A stretch of 64,000 nt of DNA from assembly GCA_964409365.1 (NCBI GenBank), contig CAYPCX010000001.1, positions 128,684 through 192,683 of the forward strand, in the 5' to 3' direction. Position 1 is the first letter of the stretch, and each line of letters begins with the position of its first letter. The notes under the pieces were generated by a model that made no database searches, was not told where the DNA came from, and was given only the letters and a program-made list of their open reading frames with translations. Made by a program: the position numbers and the translations under genes. Source of the DNA: an uncultured Planctomycetia bacterium (GTDB lineage Bacteria; Omnitrophota; Gorgyraeia; Tantalellales; Tantalellaceae). Below, in pieces: positions 10,623-20,078 of the stretch.

Positions 10623-11549
10623 ATGGATATCAGCAAAGAACAACCGTTAGTTTCGGTGGGCATACCCACATACGACCGGCCTGAAGGCCTGCGCCGGGCG
10701 CTTGAGTGCATCACCGGGCAGACTTACAGGAACATAGAGATCATAGTATCTGATAACTGTTCACCGGGAGAGGCAACGCAGGATGTCATCCGGGATTTCA
10801 TGAAGAAAGACCCCAGGATCCGGCACTACAGGCAGGACAGGAACAAAGGGGCGTTTTTTAACGGCCTGTTCGTGCTCGAGAAGGCTGCCGGAAAATATTT
10901 TATGTGGGCGGCCGACGATGACAGATGGGACAGGCGTTTTATAGAGAAATGCCTGGAAAAAATGGATGATAATACCGTCTTGTGTTTCAGTGAATCCATG
11001 GTCACGTACCCGGACGGTAAGGAGGATTTTTTGCCTTCAAAAAAGGTCACAAAGGGCTTAAGCAAGGCGGAGGGCCTCAGGAGGCTGCTTCTTGACCAGA
11101 GAAGGAACAGGGAGTTCTACGGCGTCATGAGGACGGATATCGCCCGAAAATACAAGTTCACGCGTACTTACGGGGAAGATCATGTCTTTTTGTTCTATTT
11201 GGGGCTGAAAGGCGAAGTGGTAAAAACGGAACCGGGCCTGTTCTTCACCAATTTCGCTTCTTCAGGATACAGGTCGGAAGAAGAAGCGCTGAAGTCGAAT
11301 AAATACCCGAGACGTTTCCTGTATTTCGGGTATATCTACCAGATGGTGGAGACCATGAAGGCGCTTTACAGGTACGGCGACGGAATCAAGCGGTCGGACA
11401 AACTGAAGATACTTTATTGGATATTCCATAAATATTTTTTCGTCCATCATTTCAATTATAATATCCGTCTTAAGTTCAAAAGGTTCTTTAAAGACCTTTT
11501 CAACGGGCGGCTAAAAGGGGAAGGAGAACGGTATGAGCCTGAAGCCTAA
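10623..11549 (+). CDS. Glycosyltransferase family 2
   Basis: VSVGIPTYDR, IIVSDNCS and WAADDD motifs. Confidence 0.88.
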   Translation: MDISKEQPLVSVGIPTYDRPEGLRRALECITGQTYRNIEIIVSDNCSPGEATQDVIRDFMKKDPRIRHYRQDRNKGAFFNGLFVLEKAAGKYFMWAADDDRWDRRFIEKCLEKMDDNTVLCFSESMVTYPDGKEDFLPSKKVTKGLSKAEGLRRLLLDQRRNREFYGVMRTDIARKYKFTRTYGEDHVFLFYLGLKGEVVKTEPGLFFTNFASSGYRSEEEALKSNKYPRRFLYFGYIYQMVETMKALYRYGDGIKRSDKLKILYWIFHKYFFVHHFNYNIRLKFKRFFKDLFNGRLKGEGERYEPEA

Positions 11550-12303
11550 ACTTAAAAAAGGCGAGACCACGCTGGGTTCATGGATAACGATAGGAGACCC
11601 GTCGATAGCCGAGATCATGGCATGCGCCGGTTTTGACTGGCTTGTGGTGGATATGGAGCACAGCGCTATCGGCTTGAACGAGGCCCAGCGGCTTATAAGG
11701 GTGATAGAACTGGCGGGTTGTGTGCCTCTGGTGAGAGTGGGGAATAACGATCCGAACCTGATCAAGCGCGTTATGGACGCCGGGGCGCACGGCGTTATCG
11801 TTCCCATGGTGAATACCAGGGAAGAAGCCGTGCGGGCCGTGGAAGCGGTAAGGTATCCGCCTCTGGGAAAAAGGGGCGTAGGCCTGGCGCGGGCGCAGGG
11901 TTACGGCTTCGGCTTCGAACAGTATAAAAAGTGGGTGAATAACGAAAGCGTCGTTATAGTCCAGACAGAGCACATTGACGGGGTGAAGAACCTCGAGGAG
12001 ATACTGGGTGTCGACGGGGTGGACGGTTTTATCGTAGGACCGTATGATCTTTCGGGGTCCCTCGGGAGGCCCGGTGACTTTGCTCATGCGAAGATGAAAA
12101 AAGCCCTCGAAAGAGTAGAAAAGATCTCTAAAAAGTCCGGGAAGGCCGCGGGCATACATGTGATACAGCCGGACCCGCAGGAGGCTGAGAAAAGGATCAA
12201 AGAGGGATATAATTTTGTGGCATTCAGTCTTGATACGCTTTTCCTGGGCACGTGTTGCAGGGAAGGGGTCAGAGGAATAAAGAAAGCGGGACGGAAGAAA
12301 TGA
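11533..12303 (+). CDS. HpcH/HpaI-family class II pyruvate aldolase
   Basis: GFDWLVVDMEH, RYPPLGKRG and VGPYDLS motifs. Confidence 0.9.
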   Translation: MSLKPKLKKGETTLGSWITIGDPSIAEIMACAGFDWLVVDMEHSAIGLNEAQRLIRVIELAGCVPLVRVGNNDPNLIKRVMDAGAHGVIVPMVNTREEAVRAVEAVRYPPLGKRGVGLARAQGYGFGFEQYKKWVNNESVVIVQTEHIDGVKNLEEILGVDGVDGFIVGPYDLSGSLGRPGDFAHAKMKKALERVEKISKKSGKAAGIHVIQPDPQEAEKRIKEGYNFVAFSLDTLFLGTCCREGVRGIKKAGRKK

Positions 12304-13070
12304 GAATAGTAGGCATTATACCGGCGCGCATGGCGTCGACGAGATTCCCGGGCAAGCCGCTTGCCGATATAATGGGCAGACCCATGATCCACCATGTCTA
12401 TTTCAGGAGCGGTCTTTGCACTAAGCTCGACGAGCTGTACATCGCAACCTGCGACAGGGAGATAAGGGATTACTGCGAAGATAACGGCATAAAGGTCGTG
12501 ATGACCAAAGATACACATGAGAGAGCGTCGGACAGGGCGGCCGAGGCCATTTCCAAAATAGACAGAAGGACCGGAAAAAGGACGGACATCGTCGTGATGA
12601 TACAGGGAGACGAACCCCTGGTGCTTCCCGAGATGATCGACAGGTCCCTGAGGCCCATTCTGCGCGACAAAAGTATAGACATCGTGAACCTGATGGCGCC
12701 CATCGGTTCAAAGAAGGAACAGAAAGATCCCAACCTCGTTAAAGTGGTAGTGGACAGGGATGACTTCGCCCTTTACTTCTCCAGGGAACCTATCCCATCG
12801 TGGAAAAAAGGGGCAAAAGACGTCCCCATGTATAAACAGGTGCCGATAATACCTTTTACCAGGGATTTTTTGACGAAGTTCAACCGCCTTTCGGCGACGC
12901 CGCTGGAAGTCATCGAGTCTGTTGACATGCTCAGGGTCATGGAGCACGGTTACAAGGTAAAGATGGTGCCGGTCTCTTACGGCACGCAGAGCGTGGATAC
13001 ACTGGAGGACCTTGAAAAGGTCCGGAAAATGATGAAAAAAGACAAGTTATTCAGAAAGAGGTACGAATAA
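12300..13070 (+). CDS. kdsB: KdsB-like CMP-ulosonate synthetase (cytidylyltransferase)
   Basis: IIPARMASTRFPGKPL, QGDEP, ALYFSR and VDTLED motifs; ATG 12300 overlaps the aldolase stop. Substrate may not be Kdo. Confidence 0.85.
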   Translation: MRIVGIIPARMASTRFPGKPLADIMGRPMIHHVYFRSGLCTKLDELYIATCDREIRDYCEDNGIKVVMTKDTHERASDRAAEAISKIDRRTGKRTDIVVMIQGDEPLVLPEMIDRSLRPILRDKSIDIVNLMAPIGSKKEQKDPNLVKVVVDRDDFALYFSREPIPSWKKGAKDVPMYKQVPIIPFTRDFLTKFNRLSATPLEVIESVDMLRVMEHGYKVKMVPVSYGTQSVDTLEDLEKVRKMMKKDKLFRKRYE

Positions 13071-14899
13071 TGATCATTTTAGGGATAGTCGATTCACATA
13101 ACGCTTCCGCCTGTATAGCTATCGACGGTAAAATAGTCGCGGCAGTGCAGGAAGAGCGTTTCACGAAAAGAAAAACGGAAGTCGGTTTCCCCCGGAACTC
13201 GATAGACTACGTGGTAAAAGAAGCCGGCATCAAAAAAGAGGATATAGACCTGGTCGGCATAGCCAACTATAAATACAATCCCGGGCAGATGCTAATCAAA
13301 AGGGAAGCGAATTTCACCATCCAGGATTACATCCGGGAACAGTATGATTACTGGCTGCCCAAACTTTCGGGAAAACCCTTCAAGCCGTACCAGGAACTCT
13401 ACCCTCAATATTATCATCCGGAAAAGCTTCCTTATGATTTCGGCAAGATGGACCTTAAGGTCGGCAGCGCGGAAGAATTCTATAAAGTGAGGATAAAGAC
13501 GATAGCGAATTACCTTAATATCGACGTATCGAAGGTCGTGCACGTTCCGCACCATCACGCGCATGCTTATTACGCTTATTTCGCTTCACCTATAAGGGAT
13601 GAAGATACGGCAGTCGTTACCGCCGACGGGTGGGGGGACGGGTTCAATTCCATAATAGGTTCGTTCTCGAAGAACGACTTCAACTTTGTCTGGGGCATGA
13701 CCGGCAACCAGCTCGCCCGCATGTACAGGTATATAACCCTTCTTCTCGGGATGAGGCCGCTGGAGCATGAGTTCAAGGTAATGGGCCTGGCCCCGTACGC
13801 CATGCCGTACCATTATGAACCGGTCATAAAGGAACTCGAGGGACTTTTGAAGGTCGACGGCCTGGAAGTGGTCATGACGAAAAAAGAACCGGACTGGTAT
13901 TTCTGCCTTAAGGACCGGCTGGAAGGGCACAGGTTCGACGGTATAGCCGGGGGCGCGCAGATATTCCTCGAGAGGATCCTTTGCAAGTGGTTCAGCAATA
14001 TAGCGGAGCACATGGGTATCAGGAAGTTCGTTTTCAGCGGCGGAACTTCCATGAACATAAAAGCCAATATGGAGATACTGGGCCTGGATTGTATAGATTA
14101 TCTGGGCGTCCCGGCTTCCGGGAGCGACGAATCCATATCCATCGGCGTGTGTTATTATCTGATGAAGGAAAAATACGGCGTGATCGGGGAACCTCTTACA
14201 CATATGTACCTGGGGCCGGACATAAACGAAGACGAGATCAAGCGGGTCATAAACTGCGCTACCCTGAGGGATTTTGAGGTAGTGGATAAGATCAGCAATA
14301 AGTATATCGCCGAGCGGCTGGTCGAAGGGGACATTGTGGGTGTGGCGCGCGGGAGAATGGAATTCGGTGCGAGGGCTTTGGGCAACCGGAGCATTCTGGC
14401 CGACCCGAGGAGTTCCGAGACCGTCAGGAAGATAAATACCGCGATAAAAAGGAGGGATTTCTGGATGCCCTTCGCGCCGACGATAAAAGACACCTATCTC
14501 GACGAGGTCCTTATTAACGATAAGAACGTCTATTCCCCCTTCATGACGGTAGGGTTCAGGACGAAAGAGAAGGCGAAAGAGACCATGATCGCCGCGCTTC
14601 ATCCGTGGGACTTCACTGCCAGGCCGCAGATGTTAAGGGAAGAGGTCAACAGGGACTATTACGAGGTCATAACGGAATTCGAGAAGATGACAGGCGTGGG
14701 AGCGGTGCTTAATACGTCTTTAAATCTGCACGGTACGCCCATAGTCACTGACGTTAAAGATTCCGTAAAGGTCTTTCTTAATTCCGACCTGGACATGATA
14801 GTTTTGAACGATATAGCGATAAAAAGAAGAAGAGACGGGCGTTCCCGGGTTCGGGAAGAGTCATCTGCCGAGCCGGTCGTTTCCAAAAAGGCGGTGTAA
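13070..14899 (+). CDS. Carbamoyltransferase (NodU/CmcH family)
   Basis: AVQEERFTKRK, HHHAHA, KVMGLAPY, EFGARALGNRSILADP and LNTSLNLHG motifs. Confidence 0.93.
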   Translation: MIILGIVDSHNASACIAIDGKIVAAVQEERFTKRKTEVGFPRNSIDYVVKEAGIKKEDIDLVGIANYKYNPGQMLIKREANFTIQDYIREQYDYWLPKLSGKPFKPYQELYPQYYHPEKLPYDFGKMDLKVGSAEEFYKVRIKTIANYLNIDVSKVVHVPHHHAHAYYAYFASPIRDEDTAVVTADGWGDGFNSIIGSFSKNDFNFVWGMTGNQLARMYRYITLLLGMRPLEHEFKVMGLAPYAMPYHYEPVIKELEGLLKVDGLEVVMTKKEPDWYFCLKDRLEGHRFDGIAGGAQIFLERILCKWFSNIAEHMGIRKFVFSGGTSMNIKANMEILGLDCIDYLGVPASGSDESISIGVCYYLMKEKYGVIGEPLTHMYLGPDINEDEIKRVINCATLRDFEVVDKISNKYIAERLVEGDIVGVARGRMEFGARALGNRSILADPRSSETVRKINTAIKRRDFWMPFAPTIKDTYLDEVLINDKNVYSPFMTVGFRTKEKAKETMIAALHPWDFTARPQMLREEVNRDYYEVITEFEKMTGVGAVLNTSLNLHGTPIVTDVKDSVKVFLNSDLDMIVLNDIAIKRRRDGRSRVREESSAEPVVSKKAV

Positions 14900-14900
14900 T

Positions 14901-15971
14901 ATGAAGAAAGATTATCCTTTAAAAGTAGGTATAGCGGGCTTCGGTGTTGTGGGCAAGCGCCGCAGACAGTTCATAGACCAGCACCCGAGCATGCGCACGA
15001 CGGCCGTATGCGACCAGAAGTTCGAGGGGTCGGGCACCATGCCGGACGGCGTGAAATTCTACACGAACTACAAGGAGCTTCTTAAGGAACAGCTGGACGT
15101 TCTTTTCGTGTGCCTCCCCAATTACCTGGCGGCCGATGTCACCATAGCGGGCCTCGAGAAAAGCATGCACGTTTTTTGTGAAAAGCCGCCGGGGAGGAAC
15201 ATCGAAGACATACTCCGCGTGATAGAGGTCGAGAAGAGGAATCCCGGTCTTGTATTGAAATACGGGTTCAACCACCGTTATCATGATTCGGTGCGCGAGG
15301 CCATGAGGATCGTTAACTCCGGCGAGCTCGGGGAGGTCGTTAACCTGCGCGGTGTCTACGGTAAAAGCAAGATCATACCTTTTGAGGGCGGATGGCGCGC
15401 CGAAAGAAAATACTCGGGCGGCGGGATACTCCTCGACCAGGGGATCCACATGGTGGACCTCATGGGCCTTTTCTGCGGCGATTTCAGGGACATAAAGAGC
15501 TACGTATCGAACGATTACTGGAACCATGACGTCGAGGACAACGCTTTCGCCATCATGAAGGACGAAAAAGGGCGCATAGCCATGCTGCATTCCAGCGCGA
15601 CGCAATGGGAACACAAATTCTCCCTGGATATAGCCCTGAGCGAAGGGTACCTGGAGCTCGCGGGGATACTGTCCGGCTCCAAAAGCTACGGCCAGGAGAA
15701 GCTTACCATCGGCAAAAGATCCGAGGCCGCCGTCGGCACGATGCAGGAAGAGACCCTGACGTACCTGGAGGACAACTCCTGGCGCGACGAGATATACGAA
15801 TTCGCCGGGGCCGTTACGAACGGTACCGGCATAGAACACGGTACCAGCGAAGAGGCCCTCAAGACAATGAGGGTCGTCTACCGCATCTATTATGCCGACA
15901 AAGCATGGAGGAAGGCCTATGATATAGCCGACCCCGACGCCATCGAAACGACAATAAAAGGAGCGAAATAA
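14901..15971 (+). CDS. Gfo/Idh/MocA-family oxidoreductase
   Basis: GFGVVG, HVFCEKP, GFNHRY and GGGILLDQGIH motifs. Confidence 0.9.
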   Translation: MKKDYPLKVGIAGFGVVGKRRRQFIDQHPSMRTTAVCDQKFEGSGTMPDGVKFYTNYKELLKEQLDVLFVCLPNYLAADVTIAGLEKSMHVFCEKPPGRNIEDILRVIEVEKRNPGLVLKYGFNHRYHDSVREAMRIVNSGELGEVVNLRGVYGKSKIIPFEGGWRAERKYSGGGILLDQGIHMVDLMGLFCGDFRDIKSYVSNDYWNHDVEDNAFAIMKDEKGRIAMLHSSATQWEHKFSLDIALSEGYLELAGILSGSKSYGQEKLTIGKRSEAAVGTMQEETLTYLEDNSWRDEIYEFAGAVTNGTGIEHGTSEEALKTMRVVYRIYYADKAWRKAYDIADPDAIETTIKGAK

Positions 15972-16588
15972 TGAGTAATATAGACAGTATCATCAACAGT
16001 TCCCCGGATGTGTCACAGTTCGCGAAAGGTTATTTCGAGTACATATCGAAACTGACCGCACAGCTTGATACGGAGGCCATATCCGCTTTTGTAAAAGAGC
16101 TGGAATCCGCGCGAAAAGACCATAACACGGTCTTTTTCGTGGGTAACGGCGGCTCTGCCGCCACCGCTTCGCACATGGCGAACGACCTCGCTTTCGGTTC
16201 ACGTGTCCATCAGGACCCTCCGTTCCGCGTCCTTTCGCTCACGGACAACGTCGCCGCCATGACGGCCGTAGCTAACGATAACGGCTATGAAAGTCTTTTC
16301 ATACGCCAGCTCAAGGTCCATTACAGGCCCGGCGACAAGCTCGTGGCGATATCGGCCAGCGGCAATTCCCCGAACGTGGTGACAGCGGCCGAATGGGTGA
16401 AAGAGCAGGGCGGGAAGGTCATAGGACTTGTGGGTTTCGACGGAGGGAAGCTCAGGGACATCTGCGACATAACGATATGCATAGAGACCCCCAAAGGGGA
16501 ATACGGCCCGGTGGAGGACGTGCACATGATGCTTGATCACCTCATATATACCTGGATATGGTACAGGAAACGCAAGGGAGATATCTGA
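15971..16588 (+). CDS. SIS-domain sugar-phosphate isomerase (GmhA-like)
   Basis: GNGGSAATASH, ANDNGY, ISASGNSPN and EDVHM motifs. Confidence 0.88.
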   Translation: MSNIDSIINSSPDVSQFAKGYFEYISKLTAQLDTEAISAFVKELESARKDHNTVFFVGNGGSAATASHMANDLAFGSRVHQDPPFRVLSLTDNVAAMTAVANDNGYESLFIRQLKVHYRPGDKLVAISASGNSPNVVTAAEWVKEQGGKVIGLVGFDGGKLRDICDITICIETPKGEYGPVEDVHMMLDHLIYTWIWYRKRKGDI

Positions 16589-17526
16589 TGGGTTCTCTGG
16601 CAGGCGAGAAGGTATTGATAGGGCCGTCCTCGTTCGCGGCGATGGATCCATCTCCCATGGATATGCTGGTGAAGGCGGGAGCGGAGGTCGTGGACAACCC
16701 TTACAAGAGGCGGCTGACAAAAGACGAGCTCAGGGCCCTTCTTACAGAAGGCATAACAGGCCTGATAGCCGGGCTTGAGCCGTTAGACAGGGATGTCCTG
16801 TCGTCTTCAGGCCTTAAGGTGATATCCCGTTGCGGATCCGGCATGTCCAACGTGGATACCAAAGCGGCGGATGAACTGGGCATACTGGTGCGTTACACCC
16901 CCGACGCGCCCGTGGAATCCGTGGCGGAACTGGCGCTGGGCGCCATGTTGTCCCTTTTGAGGATGGTCCCGCTCATGGACAGCCAGCTGCACGAAGGCAA
17001 GTGGACAAAGAAAATAGGGACCCTCTTGGAAGGGAAAACGGTCGCTATCATCGGGTTCGGCCGAATAGGCAGGCGCTTGAGCGAACTTCTCGCGCCCTTC
17101 AACGCGAAAGTGCTTGCGGTGGACCCTTTTCTTGACGGGGGCGTGGATGAATACGATATCGTATCTCTCAATGCGGCGCTTCCCCAGGCGGACATTATCA
17201 GTATCCATTCAAGCGGGGAGGCTTGTGTGCTGGGACAGGAAGAGTTCGATATGATGAAGAGGGGCGCGTTTCTTCTGAACGTCGCTAGGGGCTCACTGGT
17301 TGAAGAGAACGCCCTTGTCAAGGCGCTGGATGAAGGACGGATAGCCGGGGCGTATCTTGATGTATTCTGGCAGGAACCGTACACGGGACCGCTTGTGAAA
17401 TACCCCCAGGTGATATTAACGCCCCACGTGGGCTCGTATACGAAAGAATGCAGGAAGAGGATGGAGACCGAAGCTGCCGATAATCTTATAGAGGCGTTCG
17501 GAAAAATAAAGGGAGGTCAAATATGA
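16588..17526 (+). CDS. D-2-hydroxyacid dehydrogenase (phosphoglycerate dehydrogenase-like, no ACT domain)
   Basis: SVAELA, GFGRIG, NVARG and LDVF..EP...TPHVGS motifs; start at ATG 16588. Confidence 0.88.
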   Translation: MGSLAGEKVLIGPSSFAAMDPSPMDMLVKAGAEVVDNPYKRRLTKDELRALLTEGITGLIAGLEPLDRDVLSSSGLKVISRCGSGMSNVDTKAADELGILVRYTPDAPVESVAELALGAMLSLLRMVPLMDSQLHEGKWTKKIGTLLEGKTVAIIGFGRIGRRLSELLAPFNAKVLAVDPFLDGGVDEYDIVSLNAALPQADIISIHSSGEACVLGQEEFDMMKRGAFLLNVARGSLVEENALVKALDEGRIAGAYLDVFWQEPYTGPLVKYPQVILTPHVGSYTKECRKRMETEAADNLIEAFGKIKGGQI

Positions 17527-18263
17527 ACATTGACTTCAAAGGCAAGAGGGTGCTCGTGACCGGCGCCACGCGCGGTATAGGCAGGAAAATAGCCGAAGAC
17601 CTGGCCGAAGCCGGTGCGGAGCTCATACTGACCGGCACGAATGAGGACGAGATAAAAAAGCTGAACTTATCCGGCGGGCCCAACATGAAATATTACCGCG
17701 TGGATTTCACCGACACGGGCAGCGTGGAGGGTTTCCTGAAGGAGCTCGGGAAGTTCGACAGGATCGATGTGTGCATCAACAATGCCGGTATCAACAAGAT
17801 CGATCTTATAGACGAAGTGGAAGACAAGGACTGGGACGATATCATAGCCGTTAACCTTAAGGGCCCGTTCCTTCTCACCAGGGCGGTCAGCGGCATCATG
17901 AAGAAGAACGGTTACGGCCGGATAGTGAATATCGCCTCCATATTCGGCGTCGTTAGCAAGGAAAAGAGGTCCACGTATTCGACGACGAAGTTCGGGCTTA
18001 GAGGCATGACGAAAGCCGCTTCGAATGAGCTTGCCGGATACGGGGTCCTGGTGAATGCCGTATCGCCCGGGTTCGTGCTTACGGACCTTACCAGGAGCAT
18101 ATTAAGCGAGAAAGAGATGAAAGAGATCGCGCAGCGGGTGCCGGCCAAACGGCTGGCCCAGCCGGAGGATATATCAAAGGTGGTACTGTTCCTGGCCAGC
18201 GACCTCAATACGTACCTGACCGGAAAGAACATAGTAGTGGACGGAGGGTTCATAGATGTCTGA
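17523..18263 (+). CDS. SDR-family oxidoreductase (FabG-like)
   Basis: TGATRGIG, NNAG, YSTTK and VDGG motifs. Confidence 0.9.
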   Translation: MNIDFKGKRVLVTGATRGIGRKIAEDLAEAGAELILTGTNEDEIKKLNLSGGPNMKYYRVDFTDTGSVEGFLKELGKFDRIDVCINNAGINKIDLIDEVEDKDWDDIIAVNLKGPFLLTRAVSGIMKKNGYGRIVNIASIFGVVSKEKRSTYSTTKFGLRGMTKAASNELAGYGVLVNAVSPGFVLTDLTRSILSEKEMKEIAQRVPAKRLAQPEDISKVVLFLASDLNTYLTGKNIVVDGGFIDV

Positions 18264-19329
18264 TAAATTCACCGTAAGGTCGAGGATAAGGGAGTATACC
18301 GTTGAGTTCACGGACCACCTGAAGGCCCTGGAGAAATGCGCCGGGGAAGGGGCTTTCCTGGTCCTGGATGAAAAGGTGGGCGAGTTGTACGGCGGTAAGA
18401 TGAAGGAGTTTTTCGCGCCGGAGAAGATCCTGATGGTCCATGCCGACGAGGAAAGCAAGACGCTCCGCGGATGCCAGGGTCTCATAAAGGAGCTTATCGA
18501 GAGGGGCATACGCAGGAACAATAAGCTCGTCGCCGTGGGCGGCGGCGTGATAGAAGATATCGCCGGGTTCATGAGCACCGTGATATTCAGGGGCATAGAA
18601 TGGGTATTTATCCCGACCACGCTCCTGGCGCAGGCCGATAGCTGTATAGGCAGCAAGAGTTCGATAAACCTGGGGCGGTACAAGAACATGCTGGGGTCTT
18701 TCTATCCCCCGTCGAACGTTTACATCGATGTGGAGTTCCTCAAGACGCTGCCGGAGAGCGAGATAAAGTCAGGCATAGGCGAGGTGCTGCACTTTTACCT
18801 CATTGCCGGGGAAGAGGAGCTGGCGGGCAGGATGATGTCGGAATATGACGCGATTTTGGCCGACCCCGGGAAGATGAAGGATTATATATTGCCGAGCCTC
18901 CTGATAAAAAAGAGCGTTATCGAGGTGGACGAACTTGATAAGAATGAGAGGAACATATTCAATTACGGGCACACATTCGGCCATGCGATCGAGACAGTCA
19001 CCTCGTACGGCATAAACCACGGCCAGGCGGTCACGATGGGCATGGATATGGCCAATTACATCTCCATGAAGAAGGGATATATAAAGGAAGAGGTATTTGA
19101 CCGCCTGCACGGCATACTGGCTAGAAATATGCCCGATTTCGCGCTCTCGGAGGAGTCCTCCGACGGTTATTTCAAGGCGCTATCGAAGGATAAGAAGAAC
19201 GTAGGTGCTGACCTGGGCTGCATATTGACAAAGGGACCGGGTAAGATGTTCAAGGAACTGGTTCCGATGAACAGGGTTTTCAAGGACGATATATTTGAGT
19301 ATTTCGGGAGGAGAACACCGGACAGATGA
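18256..19329 (+). CDS. AroB/3-dehydroquinate synthase-related sugar-phosphate cyclase
   Basis: GGGVIED, PTTLLAQADS, KNMLG, NYGHTFGHAIE and HGQAV motifs; no shikimate-pathway neighbours. Confidence 0.85.
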   Translation: MSDKFTVRSRIREYTVEFTDHLKALEKCAGEGAFLVLDEKVGELYGGKMKEFFAPEKILMVHADEESKTLRGCQGLIKELIERGIRRNNKLVAVGGGVIEDIAGFMSTVIFRGIEWVFIPTTLLAQADSCIGSKSSINLGRYKNMLGSFYPPSNVYIDVEFLKTLPESEIKSGIGEVLHFYLIAGEEELAGRMMSEYDAILADPGKMKDYILPSLLIKKSVIEVDELDKNERNIFNYGHTFGHAIETVTSYGINHGQAVTMGMDMANYISMKKGYIKEEVFDRLHGILARNMPDFALSEESSDGYFKALSKDKKNVGADLGCILTKGPGKMFKELVPMNRVFKDDIFEYFGRRTPDR

Positions 19330-20069
19330 TCATCTCACATAAGTACAAGTTCATATTTATTAAAAACTGGAAAACAGCCAGCACCAGTATAGAAGGTTAC
19401 CTGGCAAAGTACTGCGGGCAGGATGACGTTATCGCGACAGTCCCTTCGGCCATCGGGATCGACGAAGAGAAAAACGTCAAAGGGCTTTTCAATCCGGTTC
19501 CGGAGATCCTGGATTGTAACAGGATCACCGTGGGCAGGGACTTTTTCGGGATCACGAGCATGCGCAGGACATTGAAGGATTTTGTCACCTTCACTAAGTT
19601 TTATAACCATATGCCTGCTTACCAGGTGCAGAGCAGGGTGCCGAAAAGGATATGGGACACTTATTATAAGTTCTGTTTTGAAAGGAGTCCCTGGGACAAG
19701 GTAATATCCAATTTCTTCATGCTGAAAGGCGCCCATGTGAGAAAATTCATGCCTGATCTTACTTTTGAAAAATATATGGAGGACAAGGTATTCTTATCAT
19801 GCCTGAACTATCCCCGGTATATGGATAATAAACGGCAGGAGAAGGTGATCGTGGACCATATCGGGAAGTATGAGGACCTGGACAGGGAGATGGGGAAGAT
19901 CTGCCAAAAGTTGAATATACCGTATGAGGGCACGCTTGGGATGCATATATACAAAAGCCCCGCTAAAGATGAGGAAAAGGAAGAATATAAGCGCTTACTT
20001 AAAGATAAATACAGCGAGTTGTTCTTGAAGTATTTCAACAAAGAACTGGAATTGTGGGAAAGATTATAA
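19326..20069 (+). CDS. Sulfotransferase family 2 protein
   Basis: FIFIKNWKTASTSI (5'-PSB) and RSPWDKVIS (3'-PB) motifs. Confidence 0.8.
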   Translation: MIISHKYKFIFIKNWKTASTSIEGYLAKYCGQDDVIATVPSAIGIDEEKNVKGLFNPVPEILDCNRITVGRDFFGITSMRRTLKDFVTFTKFYNHMPAYQVQSRVPKRIWDTYYKFCFERSPWDKVISNFFMLKGAHVRKFMPDLTFEKYMEDKVFLSCLNYPRYMDNKRQEKVIVDHIGKYEDLDREMGKICQKLNIPYEGTLGMHIYKSPAKDEEKEEYKRLLKDKYSELFLKYFNKELELWERL

Positions 20070-20078
20070 GGGAATGAT

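Noticed and set aside
18256-19329. Calling this gene housekeeping aroB
   Set aside because: Glycan-locus context, altered motif and no aro neighbours; left without a symbol
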